Assembly: GCA_965113315.1 (NCBI GenBank) | Contig: OZ220367.1 | Source of the DNA: Podarcis vaucheri | Taxonomy: Eukaryota | Strand: one strand, 5' to 3' | DNA: 64,000 bases | Shown: piece by piece, positions 62,481 through 64,000 of the stretch | Layout: each line of letters starts with the position of its first letter | Numbering within the stretch: the first letter of the stretch is position 1 | Translations under genes and position numbers: made by a program | Notes under the pieces: model-generated | Seen by the model: only the letters and a program-made list of their open reading frames with translations | What the model was told of the DNA's origin: nothing | The model's database searches: none

Positions 62481-62817
62481 GACTTGCAGCTCATTTACCT
62501 AGAGGTTTTATTTAACCCCCAGCACCTCCGCCAAGAAGGCTTTTGACAGGATGTGTTTTTATCTGTTTCAGGAAAAGCAGCTTTAAAAAATGCTGAATAA
62601 ACCAACATAGAGGTTGGGCAGGTTGCTAAGTATTTTGTGACTGCCTAGGCCTGAGGTTATTTTATAATGTTTCAGATCAGAGGAGCATAGGATTGACTCA
62701 AGACCATTTGGACACTGTGTTTATTCACCAAACACAGATAGGCAATATTCACTGAGAGATTGTGTCTCACCCAAAATACACAGTCTGAACTAAATTTGGA
62801 TACTTTAGCCTCTAGGC

Positions 62818-62898
62818 CAGGAGCAGCCAACTTATGTTCTCATCTTTGCCACTGGCCGTGCAACAACCTCTGGAGGGCATCCATGGTGGTTCTCTCTG
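62818..62898. mobile_element. Decayed hAT-Charlie-like MITE
   Basis: cagg..cagccaac ... ggtggttctctctg ends. Flanks ctctaggc/ctccagac resemble the nTCTAGAn 8-bp target duplication. Confidence 0.5.
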
Positions 62899-64000
62899 CT
62901 CCAGACTAAGCATAAGGCAACCATAATCTGAAAAGGGGTAGAGCTTCTGTTGCTGTAGGAAATCTGAAGAGAACCCAGTTGCCTCTTGGCAGGTTTCAAG
63001 AAGCATCTTAGAGGGAAAGCGCAACCACACCTAGGATCCCGCTTTCCACAGTTCCATGCAAACAAAAGAACAAAAAAGGGAGACGTGTAAGCTTCAGATG
63101 AACATGGAGCTTACGTACGTCTTAGATGGAGTAGAGTTCCCTTTTATTATATTACAAGGAGCAGCAGAAAGTAAGTGAGAGAAAACATGCTGAGATGCTC
63201 TTCAGTGCTTCTTGAAATGTACATAATATCCCGCAATGTTGCAAGGATATGGAAAAAATGATAATGCCATTCTACTCCTCTGTGCAGCTCTTGAAAAGAA
63301 GTCCATCAGGAATCCTGTCTCTCTTTTTTTGAAATTTGGACACCCTTTTCACCCACAGTTCTTCCCCACTGCAGTAAATTCTGTTGTCAAAAACTTGGAG
63401 CAAATATCTCTCTCCCATCTTTGCAGACAAGATCATCTCTAGAATTCCGCTGCCATTCATTTGAGGATTTTAATTATTGGTACAACCATACGTCTTCCTA
63501 TGTCTGTTGAATGGAATCTCCAGCTTCCCTTCTCTGCAAGGACAGAATGCATTTGAAGCACATACAGTGCTAAGAATTATTGCAGCCAGGAATTTGTAGA
63601 TACTTAGTAGGCTAAATTCAGCTTACATTGTGTGCATTTCAATTCTTCTGACACATGCTTTCCTATCAACTAAAACTCATGTGGCTCCTCAGTTCTAAGA
63701 GCTCCCCAACTTTGGACACTGTTGTTTGGAGAACAGCACACATTTGAATAATGTACATATCCTTTACTTGGCAGTATGTTGTGTTTTCTTCTTAATGTTG
63801 CATTATCTGCATGACATTATTTTCTCAATAAAAAGGATTACTGTATCTTTTTTGCAACTTGTAGCCATCTGTGAACACCAATAACTCATGTAGCTGAGAG
63901 AAGATGTATTTGAGACATTAGAATTGGCATATTGTTTGAGAGCAAAAAATGTACTGAGGGAAACACTGGAACGTCTTGTACTGGATATTTCTCTCTCTGA

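Noticed and set aside
1-64000. CRISPR arrays, rRNA, intact transposase/RT ORFs, miRNA/snoRNA genes
   Set aside because: None recognisable. All transposon copies are non-autonomous or decayed, and the hairpins seen are explained by MITEs or simple repeats. An Infernal/Rfam scan would be needed to exclude small ncRNAs.

Overview
Vertebrate (squamate reptile, most likely lacertid lizard, inferred from a Sauria SINE) genomic DNA with six assembly gaps. The window holds the 3' part of TCF7L2 (TCF4, the Wnt/beta-catenin HMG-box effector) on the + strand. Bases 1-28466 are the distal part of intron 5. Exons 6-17 (17-exon numbering) run from 28467 to the stop at 60698, with a ~1.8 kb 3'UTR ending near 62480. 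Exons 1-5 (beta-catenin-binding domain) are not in the window. All splice junctions read GT-AG and the phases close exactly. The known alternative elements are present: LVPQ donor, SFLSS acceptor, cassette exon 13, twin 73-nt CRARF/CRALF exons, the 25-nt exon 16 and dual-frame exon 17. Introns carry CR1/L2 remnants, SINEs, MITEs and microsatellites. The most interesting candidates: (i) an internal promoter region in intron 5 with two ATG-next-to-donor first-exon ends in frame with exon 6 (dominant-negative isoforms); (ii) a possible unannotated exon in intron 16 behind a 153-nt AG-free zone; (iii) an upstream exon-17 acceptor that would switch reading frame; (iv) an 11-mer repeated exactly three times in the 3'UTR; (v) two TCF-site + Helper composite motifs inside the gene. 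None is proven from sequence alone. No prokaryotic-type systems (CRISPR etc.) are present.
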